DNA of 64,000 nt, from positions 62,001 to 126,000 of IMG/VR virus record IMGVR_UViG_3300042569_002050; one strand, given 5' to 3'. The notes beneath the pieces were generated by a model that saw only the letters and a program-made list of their open reading frames with translations, ran no database searches and was not told where the DNA came from. Source of the stretch: an uncultured virus (IMG/VR IMGVR_UViG_3300042569_002050). Its lineage: Duplodnaviria; Heunggongvirae; Uroviricota; Caudoviricetes. The position numbers were made by a program, and so were the translations under genes. Below are positions 29,315-39,110 of the stretch, one piece after another (within the stretch, counting starts at the first letter, position 1; each line of letters begins with the position of its first letter).

Positions 29315-29638
29315 ATGTCAGAAGAATTAGAACAAAACAATGATGGTACTTGGTCTGGATTAAAAAAGACTATTATTGGTGTTGCTACAACAGCAGTTAT
29401 GGGTTTAGGAACTTGGGGTGTAACTCAATTAACAGGTGGTGATAAAGAAGCAGCTCCTGCTACAGCACCAGCTCCAGTAATTAACATTACTAACTCAAAT
29501 CAACAACAACAATCTGCAGGTGGAACTACTATAATTAAAGAAAGAGTTGTTGAAAAGCCAGCAGCCGCTCAACCCGCAGCTAAACCTGCTAAGAAAAAAG
29601 AGGGTGATGAGTTTAAGGAAGAAGCTCCTAAGTGGTAA
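29315..29638 (+). CDS. single-pass membrane protein with low-complexity tail
   Basis: TM segment followed by APAT/QQQQ/PAA tracts. Confidence 0.6.
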   Translation: MSEELEQNNDGTWSGLKKTIIGVATTAVMGLGTWGVTQLTGGDKEAAPATAPAPVINITNSNQQQQSAGGTTIIKERVVEKPAAAQPAAKPAKKKEGDEFKEEAPKW

Positions 29639-29657
29639 TTTATAAACAAAATTAGAT

Positions 29658-30266
29658 ATGCAACCAAACACAGGATTTAAAGAATTATTAAACAAGATGA
29701 TGGCCAGAAGATGGTACATCACAGCAATGGTATTAGGTGGGTTTATTTTAATAATAGCAGGTATTTTTGCTGCTGTTGTGGGACAAACACCAATGGCAGC
29801 AGCATGGAAAGAATTATTAATGTTATTGTTAGGTGCCTTCATTGGTAGTTATGGTAAGATTATTGATTACTGGTTCAGTGATACTGACAAAGATAAAATG
29901 TTAGTACAGAAGATGGATGAAGAAGATGGTGTTACTTTAGGTCATACTAATGATATGAAAGAAACAAACAAACCAGTTACTCCATTGATCCCAGATGCAT
30001 TTGTAGCAGGTGCTGCAGCAGCTAGAGATTTAGCTGTAGTTGAAAATAAACAAAACCATGAATTAGCAGCTGATCAACAAGAACATAATCAAGCAATGGC
30101 TAAAGATGCTCAAGAACATGAGCAAGAAATGGCTAAATTAAAATTAGAGCATGAAATGAAAGCACATAGATACTGTGAACACGTTTGGGGTGACTCAGAC
30201 AATGACGGTGAATTAGAGTGTCAAAAGTGTGGTTTATTGAAAGATGCTTACGACGAATCTCACTAA
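29658..30266 (+). CDS. 2-TM protein with QEH-repeat coiled coil and C-terminal Cys/His finger
   Basis: Two TM helices; QEHNQ/QEHEQ/EHEM; CEH...CQKC. Confidence 0.6.
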   Translation: MQPNTGFKELLNKMMARRWYITAMVLGGFILIIAGIFAAVVGQTPMAAAWKELLMLLLGAFIGSYGKIIDYWFSDTDKDKMLVQKMDEEDGVTLGHTNDMKETNKPVTPLIPDAFVAGAAAARDLAVVENKQNHELAADQQEHNQAMAKDAQEHEQEMAKLKLEHEMKAHRYCEHVWGDSDNDGELECQKCGLLKDAYDESH

Positions 30267-30284
30267 CCATTAAAAATTAAAAGT

Positions 30285-30524
30285 ATGAATTTCAAACAGT
30301 GGGTTATTGATCTATTCAAAGATGAAAGAGGATCAACTTCAGTAAAACCGGTTATCGCATTTGTAGGAGCTATGTTCTTATGTGTTACAATGATGTTAAA
30401 CTCATTTTCACATGCTGATTTTGCTCCATCAGCTGAATTAGTAAACGCAGTAATGGTAATTACCGCGATTGGAATGGGTGCTGATACATTCGATAAATTC
30501 TCTCATAAAAAGAAAGAAGATTAA
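30285..30524 (+). CDS. small 2-TM protein (holin-like size)
   Basis: 79 aa, two hydrophobic helices, charged C-terminus. Confidence 0.5.
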   Translation: MNFKQWVIDLFKDERGSTSVKPVIAFVGAMFLCVTMMLNSFSHADFAPSAELVNAVMVITAIGMGADTFDKFSHKKKED

Positions 30525-30536
30525 AAAAACAAAACT

Positions 30537-30561
30537 AAAGGGAACTTCGGTTCCCTTTTTT
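30537..30561 (+). terminator. intrinsic terminator
   Basis: AAAGGGAAC-TTCG-GTTCCCTTT followed by a T run. Confidence 0.8.
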
Positions 30562-30576
30562 AAATTTAAAACATGT

Positions 30577-31296
30577 ATGAAAAATTTATTTATATTATTA
30601 AGTTGCTTTTTACTAAGCAACATTGCTGTGGCTCAAAACGTAGGTTCAACAAAAACTGAACAATATAAAGCATCATTCGAAACTGCGATTGATATTTCTC
30701 GTTTTATGGATTATGAAGGTAAACAAATCCCAATTCAAATCTTAAAGGCAGGTATATCTGATGAAATGTATGAGATGTATCCTGAATTAAAAGAAAAAAG
30801 AGTTGGTTTAGGTGTAGCTAACATTTCAATGGAATATTTAGAGAACCTTAATCGTTTTAAATTTACTGAAGATAAAACAGAAATTAAAAACAGAATGGTT
30901 AAGCAATTCCAAGCATCACAAGCAGGTATTTCTGAGAATAAATTAGATGGTCGAGGTAAAATTAATCTAGCTGAATACTTCGTTACAATCGAATGTTATG
31001 ATTACTCAGTATCTGAAGATGAAACTATCAACCTAAAAGATGGAGTTAAAAACATGATGGTAACTCGTATTGGTTTACAAGTTCGATTTACTAATGCTGA
31101 GACTGGTGTTGTGTTTGCAGCATCTGGTTTAGGTGAAGCCACTACAACTAGAGAATTAACATTCTTATCAGATGCAACTGTGGATGAAATGAAATTCAAT
31201 CAATCAACTATTTCTATAGCAACAAAGAAAGCATTAGATATCGCTTGTGCTAGAATTTTAGATAGAATGGTTAAGAAAGGCATATTTCCAAACTAA
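30577..31296 (+). CDS. CsgG/HfaB-family protein
   Basis: Signal ...AVA|Q; GLGVANISMEYLENLNRFKF, AEYFVTIECYDY, IGLQVRFTNAETGVV...GEA follow the CsgG strand/helix order. Confidence 0.7.
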   Translation: MKNLFILLSCFLLSNIAVAQNVGSTKTEQYKASFETAIDISRFMDYEGKQIPIQILKAGISDEMYEMYPELKEKRVGLGVANISMEYLENLNRFKFTEDKTEIKNRMVKQFQASQAGISENKLDGRGKINLAEYFVTIECYDYSVSEDETINLKDGVKNMMVTRIGLQVRFTNAETGVVFAASGLGEATTTRELTFLSDATVDEMKFNQSTISIATKKALDIACARILDRMVKKGIFPN

Positions 31297-32696
31297 TGAA
31301 AAAATGGTTAATAAGTTTATTATTAATCACCCTTTTCCTATTTGCTAAAACAGCAAGTGGGCAGGTTTATACTCAAACTTTTATTGATAAATGTTCAGGT
31401 CAAGTTAAAATTGCTACTACAACCATAGTAAATGGTAACTCAATAGTATCATTTTATGGACAGGTAAGATCATTTACTCCAGCACAAGTGGCAAGTGGAG
31501 AATTACAAATATGGCTCCAAACAACTTACGCTTACTATAATTCACTAGCATGTCCCGTAGCAGCACCCGTAGTAACACAAACAGTACAAAATACAGTATC
31601 ACAAGCAGCATCTCAAGCAGCAAGCTCAGCAGCATCATCAGCAGCAAGTTCAGCAGCATCAAATGCAGCCTCAGGAGCAGCAAGTGGAGCAGCTTCAGGA
31701 GCCGCATCTACAGGAGCGTCAGCAGCAAGTTCAGGAGCAGCTACCTCGAGTGGTACATCTACCCAATCATCATCCTCTTCATCCTCATCATCATCTTCCC
31801 AATCGTCTTCATCTTCTGGGTCTTCCTCTTCATCAAATTCTGGTGGAGAAAAGAAAAGCGAAAGCAGCAGTTCAAGCAGCGAATCAAAGTCAGAGAGTAA
31901 ATCTGAATCTAAGTCTGAATCCAAATCAGAAGAGAAAAAAGAAGAAAGTAAATCTGAGTCTAAAGAAGAAAAGAAAGAAGAAAAAAAGGAAGAATCTAAA
32001 GAAGAAAAGAAAGAGGATAAAAAAGAAGAAAAGAAACAAGTTAAAATGAATCCAATAATGTTGGGTTCTGATTTAACTGTAGCTCAAAATCCCACTGGTG
32101 GGTTTACACCTGTCATGTCATTAAGTATGTCTCAAGCATCAACTACAGGTGAATCTAGTTGGGGTGTATCAAGTATGATTTGGATGGATTTTAAATCATT
32201 TGCTTTATCTGCTAATAAAAGCACGATGAATTTTAAAAACGGAGCACTCAAATCAATAGATGCCTATTCATATACCGTTGCTTACGTAGCAGGTACACAT
32301 ATGACTTTTGGTGGTTTCACCCATGTTGTGCCTCACCCGAAATATGGAACATATGGGTATAACTTATCTATTATTAATATTAAACTGAAATTAGCTGAAA
32401 ATAGTTATTCATACTCAATGATGTCATCAGCTACAGCATTTTGGACTAAACCATATCAAATAAGCAGAAAATCAACCTTATCTCCAGGAGTGTTCTTAAT
32501 GGCCTCTCCATACACATACAACAGTAAGTTAGGAAGTACTTGGAATTATAATGTAATGAGTTTGGTGGGCACAGGATACAGTCTTAAATTGAGCAAAAGA
32601 TTTGGATTTAACATTGATTATAAAGCTAGTGTATCAACGGTACCTGGCTCTCCAATATTAAGTTTCTTTCTAATAGGTTCAAGACTTCAACTATAA
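31296..32696 (+). CDS. exported protein: N-domain, Ser/Ala and Glu/Lys low-complexity linker, C-terminal outer-membrane beta-barrel-like domain
   Basis: Signal ...ASG|Q; AASS/AASG, SESK and EEKK repeats; about 215-aa C-terminus of alternating hydrophobic strands ending FFLIGSRLQL. Confidence 0.6.
   Translation: MKKWLISLLLITLFLFAKTASGQVYTQTFIDKCSGQVKIATTTIVNGNSIVSFYGQVRSFTPAQVASGELQIWLQTTYAYYNSLACPVAAPVVTQTVQNTVSQAASQAASSAASSAASSAASNAASGAASGAASGAASTGASAASSGAATSSGTSTQSSSSSSSSSSSQSSSSSGSSSSSNSGGEKKSESSSSSSESKSESKSESKSESKSEEKKEESKSESKEEKKEEKKEESKEEKKEDKKEEKKQVKMNPIMLGSDLTVAQNPTGGFTPVMSLSMSQASTTGESSWGVSSMIWMDFKSFALSANKSTMNFKNGALKSIDAYSYTVAYVAGTHMTFGGFTHVVPHPKYGTYGYNLSIINIKLKLAENSYSYSMMSSATAFWTKPYQISRKSTLSPGVFLMASPYTYNSKLGSTWNYNVMSLVGTGYSLKLSKRFGFNIDYKASVSTVPGSPILSFFLIGSRLQL
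31604..32035 (+). repeat. coding 12-nt-unit tandem repeats (AASx, SESK, EEKK)
   Basis: GCAGCATCx-type units, then TCT/GAA/AAA-rich units. Confidence 0.75.
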
Positions 32697-32698
32697 AA

Positions 32699-32731
32699 TT
32701 GGTTCGGTCAAAACCTCAATCGTATATTTAC
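32699..32731 (+). promoter_or_regulatory. early-type bipartite promoter
   Basis: TTGGTTCGGTCA-N10-CGTATATTTAC. Confidence 0.75.
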
Positions 32732-32763
32732 ATCAAATAAATTTATTAAACAAAAACAAACAA

Positions 32764-32931
32764 ATGAAAAAAGTAATCGCAATTTTCGCAATCGCAGCTT
32801 TGACTGCATGTGGTGGTAAAGGTACTTCAACTGAAGGAACTGATTCAACAGCAGTATCAACTGACACTACAGCAGTAGTAACAGATTCAACAGAATGTAT
32901 CGCACCTAATGATACAACTGTAACTAAGTAA
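32764..32931 (+). CDS. 55-aa Ser/Thr-rich lipoprotein
   Basis: MKKVIAIFAIAALTA|CGGKGTSTEGTDSTAVSTDTTAVVTDSTECIAPNDTTVTK. Below the ORF-track cutoff. Confidence 0.75.
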   Translation: MKKVIAIFAIAALTACGGKGTSTEGTDSTAVSTDTTAVVTDSTECIAPNDTTVTK

Positions 32932-32989
32932 GTTATTTTGGCCCCACCATTAATTTGGTTGGGCCAAATTTCTGCTTTACATTTATGTC

Positions 32990-33508
32990 ATGTATAAGAT
33001 CAAACGCTTCTTTAAACGTATCCGTAACCTAATTCGTTGGTTTCCAATTATTTGGAAAGATCAAGATTGGGATGATCATTACATTTGGGAAATATTAAAA
33101 TTCAAATTAAAGAATCAATCTAAATACATTGGTTATCACAATAGACACGTCAGTGCTAAACGTGATGCTGAGATAATGATGTTATGTACTCGTTTAATTG
33201 AAAAAATACAATCACAATATTATTTACATGAATATAGTAATTATCATCAAACAGAATTTATAACTACTCCAAGTCCAACCCATCCAGGTAATTATGAATT
33301 GGATTTGAAAGAAATATCTGAAAATTTTGATGATTATTTTGTAAAATATCCTCGTATTTGGGTAGCGGTAAACAAAATGGATAATCCTCCATTCTCAAAA
33401 GACACTAAGGATGGAATCGCTATTAACATGAGTCATATAAATCATTTAAGAGCAAAAAAATTATTATTCAGTATTTTAGAAGAAAATATTGAAAGATGGT
33501 GGGATTAA
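32990..33508 (+). CDS. hypothetical phage protein
   Basis: IWKDQDWD...ERWWD; promoter motif at ~32955. Confidence 0.6.
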   Translation: MYKIKRFFKRIRNLIRWFPIIWKDQDWDDHYIWEILKFKLKNQSKYIGYHNRHVSAKRDAEIMMLCTRLIEKIQSQYYLHEYSNYHQTEFITTPSPTHPGNYELDLKEISENFDDYFVKYPRIWVAVNKMDNPPFSKDTKDGIAINMSHINHLRAKKLLFSILEENIERWWD

Positions 33509-33948
33509 TTATATAAACAACAATAAAATGGCAATAGCAATAATCAGTATAGTATTAGCATCCGCTTTGATAGCTTGGAGATGGGTGGTAGGAATTGATT
33601 TTATGAAAGAAAACCATCCTGATTATAAAGGATATGATTTATTCGATGAAGAAGATAAAGATAATGTATTATGAAACAGTATATAAACCCAATACTAACA
33701 GCATGTTCACTGTTAGCACTATTAACAACCATTTACTTTCAGAACGAAAGAATTAATCAATTTAAGGTTGAAGTAAAAACATTACAATCCACTGTAGATA
33801 GTTTACGTGATGAAAATTTTATAAATCATGTACAACTTGATAGGTATGAATTAACTTTAGATCATTTACAACAAGTAAATCCTAATGCTGCTCTTCAGTT
33901 TGTAAATTTTATGAACCACGAGACTGAATAAAATATTTCTGGTTAGAT

Positions 33949-34383
33949 ATGAAACACGGAATAACCTCAATGTATGGAAACCCAATCCATCCAGGCCATA
34001 TTGAATGTTTAATGTTATCTAAAGAAATTGTTGATGAATTGTGGGTTATAGTAAATAATGATAAACAAGCAGAACTAAAACGTGGGATACCTTCGTTCCA
34101 AAACGAACAATACCGTAAAACCGTTATTGAATCTATCAGATATGTTGATCATGTAAAAATATCAATTGATCAAGATAGTAGTGTTTGTAAAACAATTCAG
34201 TTACTTTATAATAAAATTAAATCTCTAGATCCCGAGTCTGAAATTATTTTTACAAAGGGGGGAGATAGATTTGCAAATGAGATTCCTGAAAAAATGATTT
34301 GTGATTCTTTAGGAATAAAAATTGTTGATGGATTGGGAGATAAAATATACAACTCAAGTGACATGGTTTCTATAAAACAATAG
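33949..34383 (+). CDS. cytidylyltransferase-like (HxGH) protein
   Basis: NPIHPGH, VIVNND, KGGDR, KIYNSS. Confidence 0.82.
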   Translation: MKHGITSMYGNPIHPGHIECLMLSKEIVDELWVIVNNDKQAELKRGIPSFQNEQYRKTVIESIRYVDHVKISIDQDSSVCKTIQLLYNKIKSLDPESEIIFTKGGDRFANEIPEKMICDSLGIKIVDGLGDKIYNSSDMVSIKQ

Positions 34384-34658
34384 GAGCATATATTTATATA
34401 TGCTATGACACGTACAATTAATATTAAAGGAAAAGAATATTGTGTTGTTACAACAACATTTACAGCACATGGTGTTGAAACGTACGTTCAAATTAATATT
34501 GACATAAGTAAATTAGATACATCTGAAAGATTAATCATTGTACGTAATGCTAATTTATTTTTCAATCGTCCTTTCAAAATAGCAAAATCACAACCCGAAA
34601 CTAAGAAACCTTGGTGGAAGATTTGGTAGTGGCAAAAATAGGTTATTAAATTCAAGTT

Positions 34659-35399
34659 ATGAAAACAGTGATAATCGGAGACATCCATGGTCGTGATGCA
34701 TGGAAACAAATTATTAATCAAGAACAAGACGCAGATAGATTCATCTTTGTAGGTGATTATTTTGATTCATTTGATGTTCCTGGTTTAATACAATGCCAAA
34801 ATTTTCAAGATATTATTGAATTTAAAACTACAACAGATAAAGAAGTTATACTGTTGATTGGTAATCATGATTATCATTATTTCCCTGAAATTGGGGAAAA
34901 TGGCTGTTCGGGTTACCAAGTTAGAATGGCACCTACAATTCAACATATTGTTGATATTAACAGAAACCATTTACAACTAGCTTATCAGTTTGATGATTTC
35001 TTAGTTACTCATGCTGGTGTAAGTAGTGAATGGTTAAATGATAGTATTGTAATGTGGGATGTACCTAATCTAGCTATGTACTTAAATGATTTATTCAAGT
35101 ATCAACCCCTTAAAATAGGATATCGTTCATATAAACAAATTGGAGATCAAGTGTATGGTACTGGAGGTTATGGTGATGAGACATTCCAAGGTCCAATTTG
35201 GATTCGACCTAAATCATTAATGAAAGCTAATTACGATACATTACGTACTAAGATTAGACAAGTAGTAGGCCATACAGGTCAAAGACAAATCGATATTGAA
35301 GGTAAATCCACTGGTGGTCGTTATTATTTTATAGACACAATACCAAGACAATATTTGATTGTCAAAGATGGAGACGTATCTTTAGGAGAATTAAAATAA
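34659..35399 (+). CDS. calcineurin-like metallophosphoesterase
   Basis: GDIHG, GDYFD, GNHD, THAG, VGHT. Confidence 0.9.
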   Translation: MKTVIIGDIHGRDAWKQIINQEQDADRFIFVGDYFDSFDVPGLIQCQNFQDIIEFKTTTDKEVILLIGNHDYHYFPEIGENGCSGYQVRMAPTIQHIVDINRNHLQLAYQFDDFLVTHAGVSSEWLNDSIVMWDVPNLAMYLNDLFKYQPLKIGYRSYKQIGDQVYGTGGYGDETFQGPIWIRPKSLMKANYDTLRTKIRQVVGHTGQRQIDIEGKSTGGRYYFIDTIPRQYLIVKDGDVSLGELK

Positions 35400-35404
35400 A
35401 GGTT

Positions 35405-36016
35405 ATGAAACTAAAATACATTCTTACCGATTTGAGATGGCTAAAGGCGTTGAATAGTCCATTCAAACCATTCAAAGTTAAATTATACGCTGGTAAAACA
35501 CAGGTGGGTACTCCATACTTCCTACCTCGTAAATGGGTAAAAGCAACACCAGAACTAGCATATAAAGCAGCTAGTGAGGAGATTGAACAACAAGAAAAAT
35601 GGAACAAACTTAATCCTGAACATGCACGTAAAATAAAATCAATTGGAGAATTATTTCATGAAAAATTAAACTATACTTTCCCAGTACCTCTTAAAGTCGG
35701 ATTTAGTTACTGTGGGTTAGGGTGGAAAACAAAATGGTCATCTGAGGATTTTAGACATGAGTGGAATCCAGTATTGTCGTTCGTATTTTTCGGATATCAA
35801 ATTGCATTAACATTTTACAGTCCATATCATTCCCACTATTGGGAACCATGGTTATATTATGAGTATGCTACTGATAAAACCAAATCAAAGAGAGAGAGAA
35901 TAGAACAATGTAGAAAAGAAGCTCCACAAACATGGACTTCAAGCAGATATAATGAAGAACCAGTAACAACAGATTACTATACTAAAATACTCAAATCAAA
36001 ATGGCTAAAAGATTAA
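35405..36016 (+). CDS. hypothetical protein
   Basis: Intact ORF with AAAGGTT-ATG leader. Confidence 0.55.
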   Translation: MKLKYILTDLRWLKALNSPFKPFKVKLYAGKTQVGTPYFLPRKWVKATPELAYKAASEEIEQQEKWNKLNPEHARKIKSIGELFHEKLNYTFPVPLKVGFSYCGLGWKTKWSSEDFRHEWNPVLSFVFFGYQIALTFYSPYHSHYWEPWLYYEYATDKTKSKRERIEQCRKEAPQTWTSSRYNEEPVTTDYYTKILKSKWLKD

Positions 36017-36638
36017 CACTTCAGGAAAAAAAAGATATCTTTATTGTGGATGTAATCAATAAAATGTTTGAGATTGCAGGACATACTGTTACATTTGATG
36101 ATATTAAAGATAGAAAAGATGATTGGTATGCTCAATGGACAATGACTGTGGAGCAAAATGATACCTGGAAAGAATGGGGGATTAGGGAAATGAAAAAGAG
36201 ATTCAGGTATAATAAACAGTGGGCTGAAAGAGAAATGGGAATGATATCACTTATGTGGGGTTTAAAATTTAGTAATTGTATTTATGAAAATTAATAGAGA
36301 CGAATTGTATAAACTTTACATGGAGTGGGTAAATAAAGTATCAGATGAATTTGATTGGAAAACCACTTTTGGACCCGAAGAGATCGTACATTCAATAGCA
36401 AACATATTAGAAACAAATTCACAACTAATTCAAGATGACAGGGAAGAAAAAAGAGAAGCGTAAAGAATTTATTGTAATGAATTCACAATTAGAATATTTT
36501 TGTGGGTTAGCATATGGTGGGAAATCAGTGTGGTGTAGTGATTATAAAGAAGCAAAACCACTAGATAATGAACTTAAATTTAAAACATTACAAAGAATGT
36601 GTTGGGGCGAAGAACTTGTCTTAGATTATATAAATTAA

Positions 36639-36704
36639 AGGAAAGGTTAAGCGACCCGACCTGCCTACAATTCGGGTGTGAGGTGTTAGTAGGCAACCTT
36701 TCCT
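36639..36704 (+). ncRNA. pseudoknotted intergenic RNA element
   Basis: P1 36639-48/36695-704, P2 36654-59/36672-77, loop GCCTAC pairs with GTAGGC (36689-94). Confidence 0.55.
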
Positions 36705-37543
36705 ATTTAAATAAACAGTTATGGAAAACGAATTTGGATTAGATGAGGAATACATGAAGCATGTTCGTGAACGCTTCTATAAACAAGTACGAGAAACAAA
36801 TTGGGGTCAAGATGAAGATCGTATCGTTAAGTCTAGAGGCCGTAAACCAAAAGAACGAGTAGTAGTACAAAGACCATTAAATCAAAAACAAAAATTTTTC
36901 AATTTTAACTAATAAATTATGAACTCAATTAGTATTGATATAGACATTGAAGATATTATCTGGGGGATGGGAACCTATGATAGAAAAGCATTATTTAAAG
37001 CAATGCAAGATAATGATTATATTTCTCAATCATGTGTTATTACAAATGATGGTCATGTAAAAGCAGCAGCCCATGTAGAACGAAGAACATTAGATGAAAG
37101 TACAGATGATTTTAATTTAGCACTACATAAATTGTTTGGAAATGGGTGGAAGCTAACTAAAGAAGAAGAAGAATATATTATTAATTTATCAAAACGATTC
37201 TAATATGAGCGATAAGTATCAAGCGCTAGGTAACAATTTATTTGGATTTGAAGTATTCGAAGCAGTATTTAAAGCAATTAATGAGCGTGGGTACGGGGAT
37301 CAGGAACAAATGTTTAAGGCGGGTGTAGCTAGTGCTGAGGCAGCCGTTAGGCGTTTACGTGAAGAGTATTATGAATCGATTAAAGAACACTTAAGTGAAT
37401 AGAAATCAAGGTAAAAGAGACAATCAGGTAGAAGATAGTAATTCATTTGCTGTGTTTGCTTTGATCTGCATGGTTATTACCATTATAGTATCATTATTAA
37501 CTGATTGGGTAATAAAATAGGCTAATCGTATATATTTATAGGC

Positions 37544-38164
37544 ATGAAAAAATGCCTAATATCCCTACTATTAACATTAGTAGCTGTTGTATCTTATAGT
37601 CAAGGTATAACACCAATTACACAAAACATTATAATCAAAAATAATGTATTTGAAGTTCTTTATTCTCAAAGTTTAGAACAACCTCTTAAAATTAAATATA
37701 GATCAACAAACCGTCCCACGAATGTAAATAGAGGTTCAATGGATTTCTATAAGGAACCAAACATCAAAACATCAGATGCGGATGACTACAAAGCAAACAT
37801 CTACGATAAAGGACATGGAGCACCAGCTGCTACATTTTCTGATAATCAAGAAAATTTAAAGCAAACATTTTCCTACCTAAATTGTATCCTACAAGACCAA
37901 TACCTTAATAGAGGTGAATGGAGATTATTAGAGGAACAAGAAAGAAAGTGGGATGATGCTGAAAATTTAACAGTATTAATTACAGTTCATTTTGATAATC
38001 CTGTAAAAAGAATACCTACAAACGCAGCAATCCCCTCACATCTTCAGAAACATATCTATTTCGAAACACAAAAGAAATGGAAATGCTATGTATTCTTAAA
38101 TGAAAAACCTAAATTTAAGTGGAGTGAATTAGAAATGATTTGCCCACCATCTGATCATCAATAA
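37544..38164 (+). CDS. secreted DNA/RNA non-specific endonuclease (Serratia NucA-like)
   Basis: Signal ...SYS|Q; YDKGH, TFSYLN, LNRGEWRLLE, AIPSH. Confidence 0.85.
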   Translation: MKKCLISLLLTLVAVVSYSQGITPITQNIIIKNNVFEVLYSQSLEQPLKIKYRSTNRPTNVNRGSMDFYKEPNIKTSDADDYKANIYDKGHGAPAATFSDNQENLKQTFSYLNCILQDQYLNRGEWRLLEEQERKWDDAENLTVLITVHFDNPVKRIPTNAAIPSHLQKHIYFETQKKWKCYVFLNEKPKFKWSELEMICPPSDHQ

Positions 38165-38180
38165 AAAATAATCAAGAATA

Positions 38181-38579
38181 ATGTTTGTACCCAACCATTT
38201 ACACCTATTAGTGAAAGGTTACATCACTAACCCACCCAAATCAGAAGAATTATTAAATGACTGGCTTCGAGAATTAGTAAGTAAAGTAGGAATGGTAGTT
38301 GTTGCTGGTCCTACCTCAATATATGTTAATGAACCTGGAAATGAAGGAATAACAGGTACAGTAACTTTAGCAACATCACATGCTTCGATTCATGTATGGG
38401 ATGCTTTAGAATTACCTATGTTTCAGTTTGATTTATATAGTTGTTCTGAATTTACCCCTGATCAAGTATTAAGCCACATTAATGAATACTTTACTCTACA
38501 ATCAGCAACATGGCAGTTCATAGATAGAAATACAGATGAATTTGAATTGATTAGCAGTGGAAAGTGGATGGCAAAATAA
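38181..38579 (+). CDS. speD: S-adenosylmethionine decarboxylase proenzyme-like
   Basis: HLHLL, GITG..LATSHASIHVW, FDLYSC. Confidence 0.8.
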   Translation: MFVPNHLHLLVKGYITNPPKSEELLNDWLRELVSKVGMVVVAGPTSIYVNEPGNEGITGTVTLATSHASIHVWDALELPMFQFDLYSCSEFTPDQVLSHINEYFTLQSATWQFIDRNTDEFELISSGKWMAK

Positions 38580-39045
38580 GAGTCGTACATTTACGTCAAA
38601 TAATAAAATATGGCATTTCAAACTCGAGACGAAGCTCAAGACAAAGTAAGTAAAAAGTTAGACAGAGTATTAAACAAGAAAAAGAAACAAGTGCCATTAA
38701 GCCAGGAGAGTTGGGATGATTTAAATAGACGAGGCGCTTCATTGGCTGAGCAAGAACAGTGGATCGTATTGAGACGCAAACAAAAAGAGCGAGAAATGTA
38801 GTTTGGATGGGCAGGGCCCTTCGATTACATTTACATCGTACTTAAAAATTAAAGGTTATGATAGCAGAATTGCAGATTAAATGTCTGGAGATAGAGAACT
38901 GGACCCGATCGCTCACATTGAGAGGAGTTGATAAAGAAGAAATCGTAGCTAAAATTGATGAAATGTATGAACCTGAATCGTTAGATGAAATGGAAGCATA
39001 CAGTGAAGCGATTGCTTATGCTCGCTTAGGAGTATTAAACTAAAG

Positions 39046-39077
39046 GTGGCCGGGCAAGGCTGTCAACGTATATTTAC
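39046..39077 (+). promoter_or_regulatory. early-type bipartite promoter
   Basis: GTGGCCGGGCA-N10-CGTATATTTAC. Confidence 0.78.
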
Positions 39078-39110
39078 AACGTAAAAATTAATATTTAAAA
39101 TATAAAGGTT

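Noticed and set aside
31474..32049. Overlapping alternative-frame ORFs in the low-complexity linker
   Set aside because: By-products of stop-poor 12-nt repeats inside 31296-32696.
39046..39077. Sigma-54 promoter reading of the TGG..GGCA motif
   Set aside because: No TTGC at the required -12 spacing; the spacing to TAnATTT fits the Bacteroidota -33/-7 layout instead.
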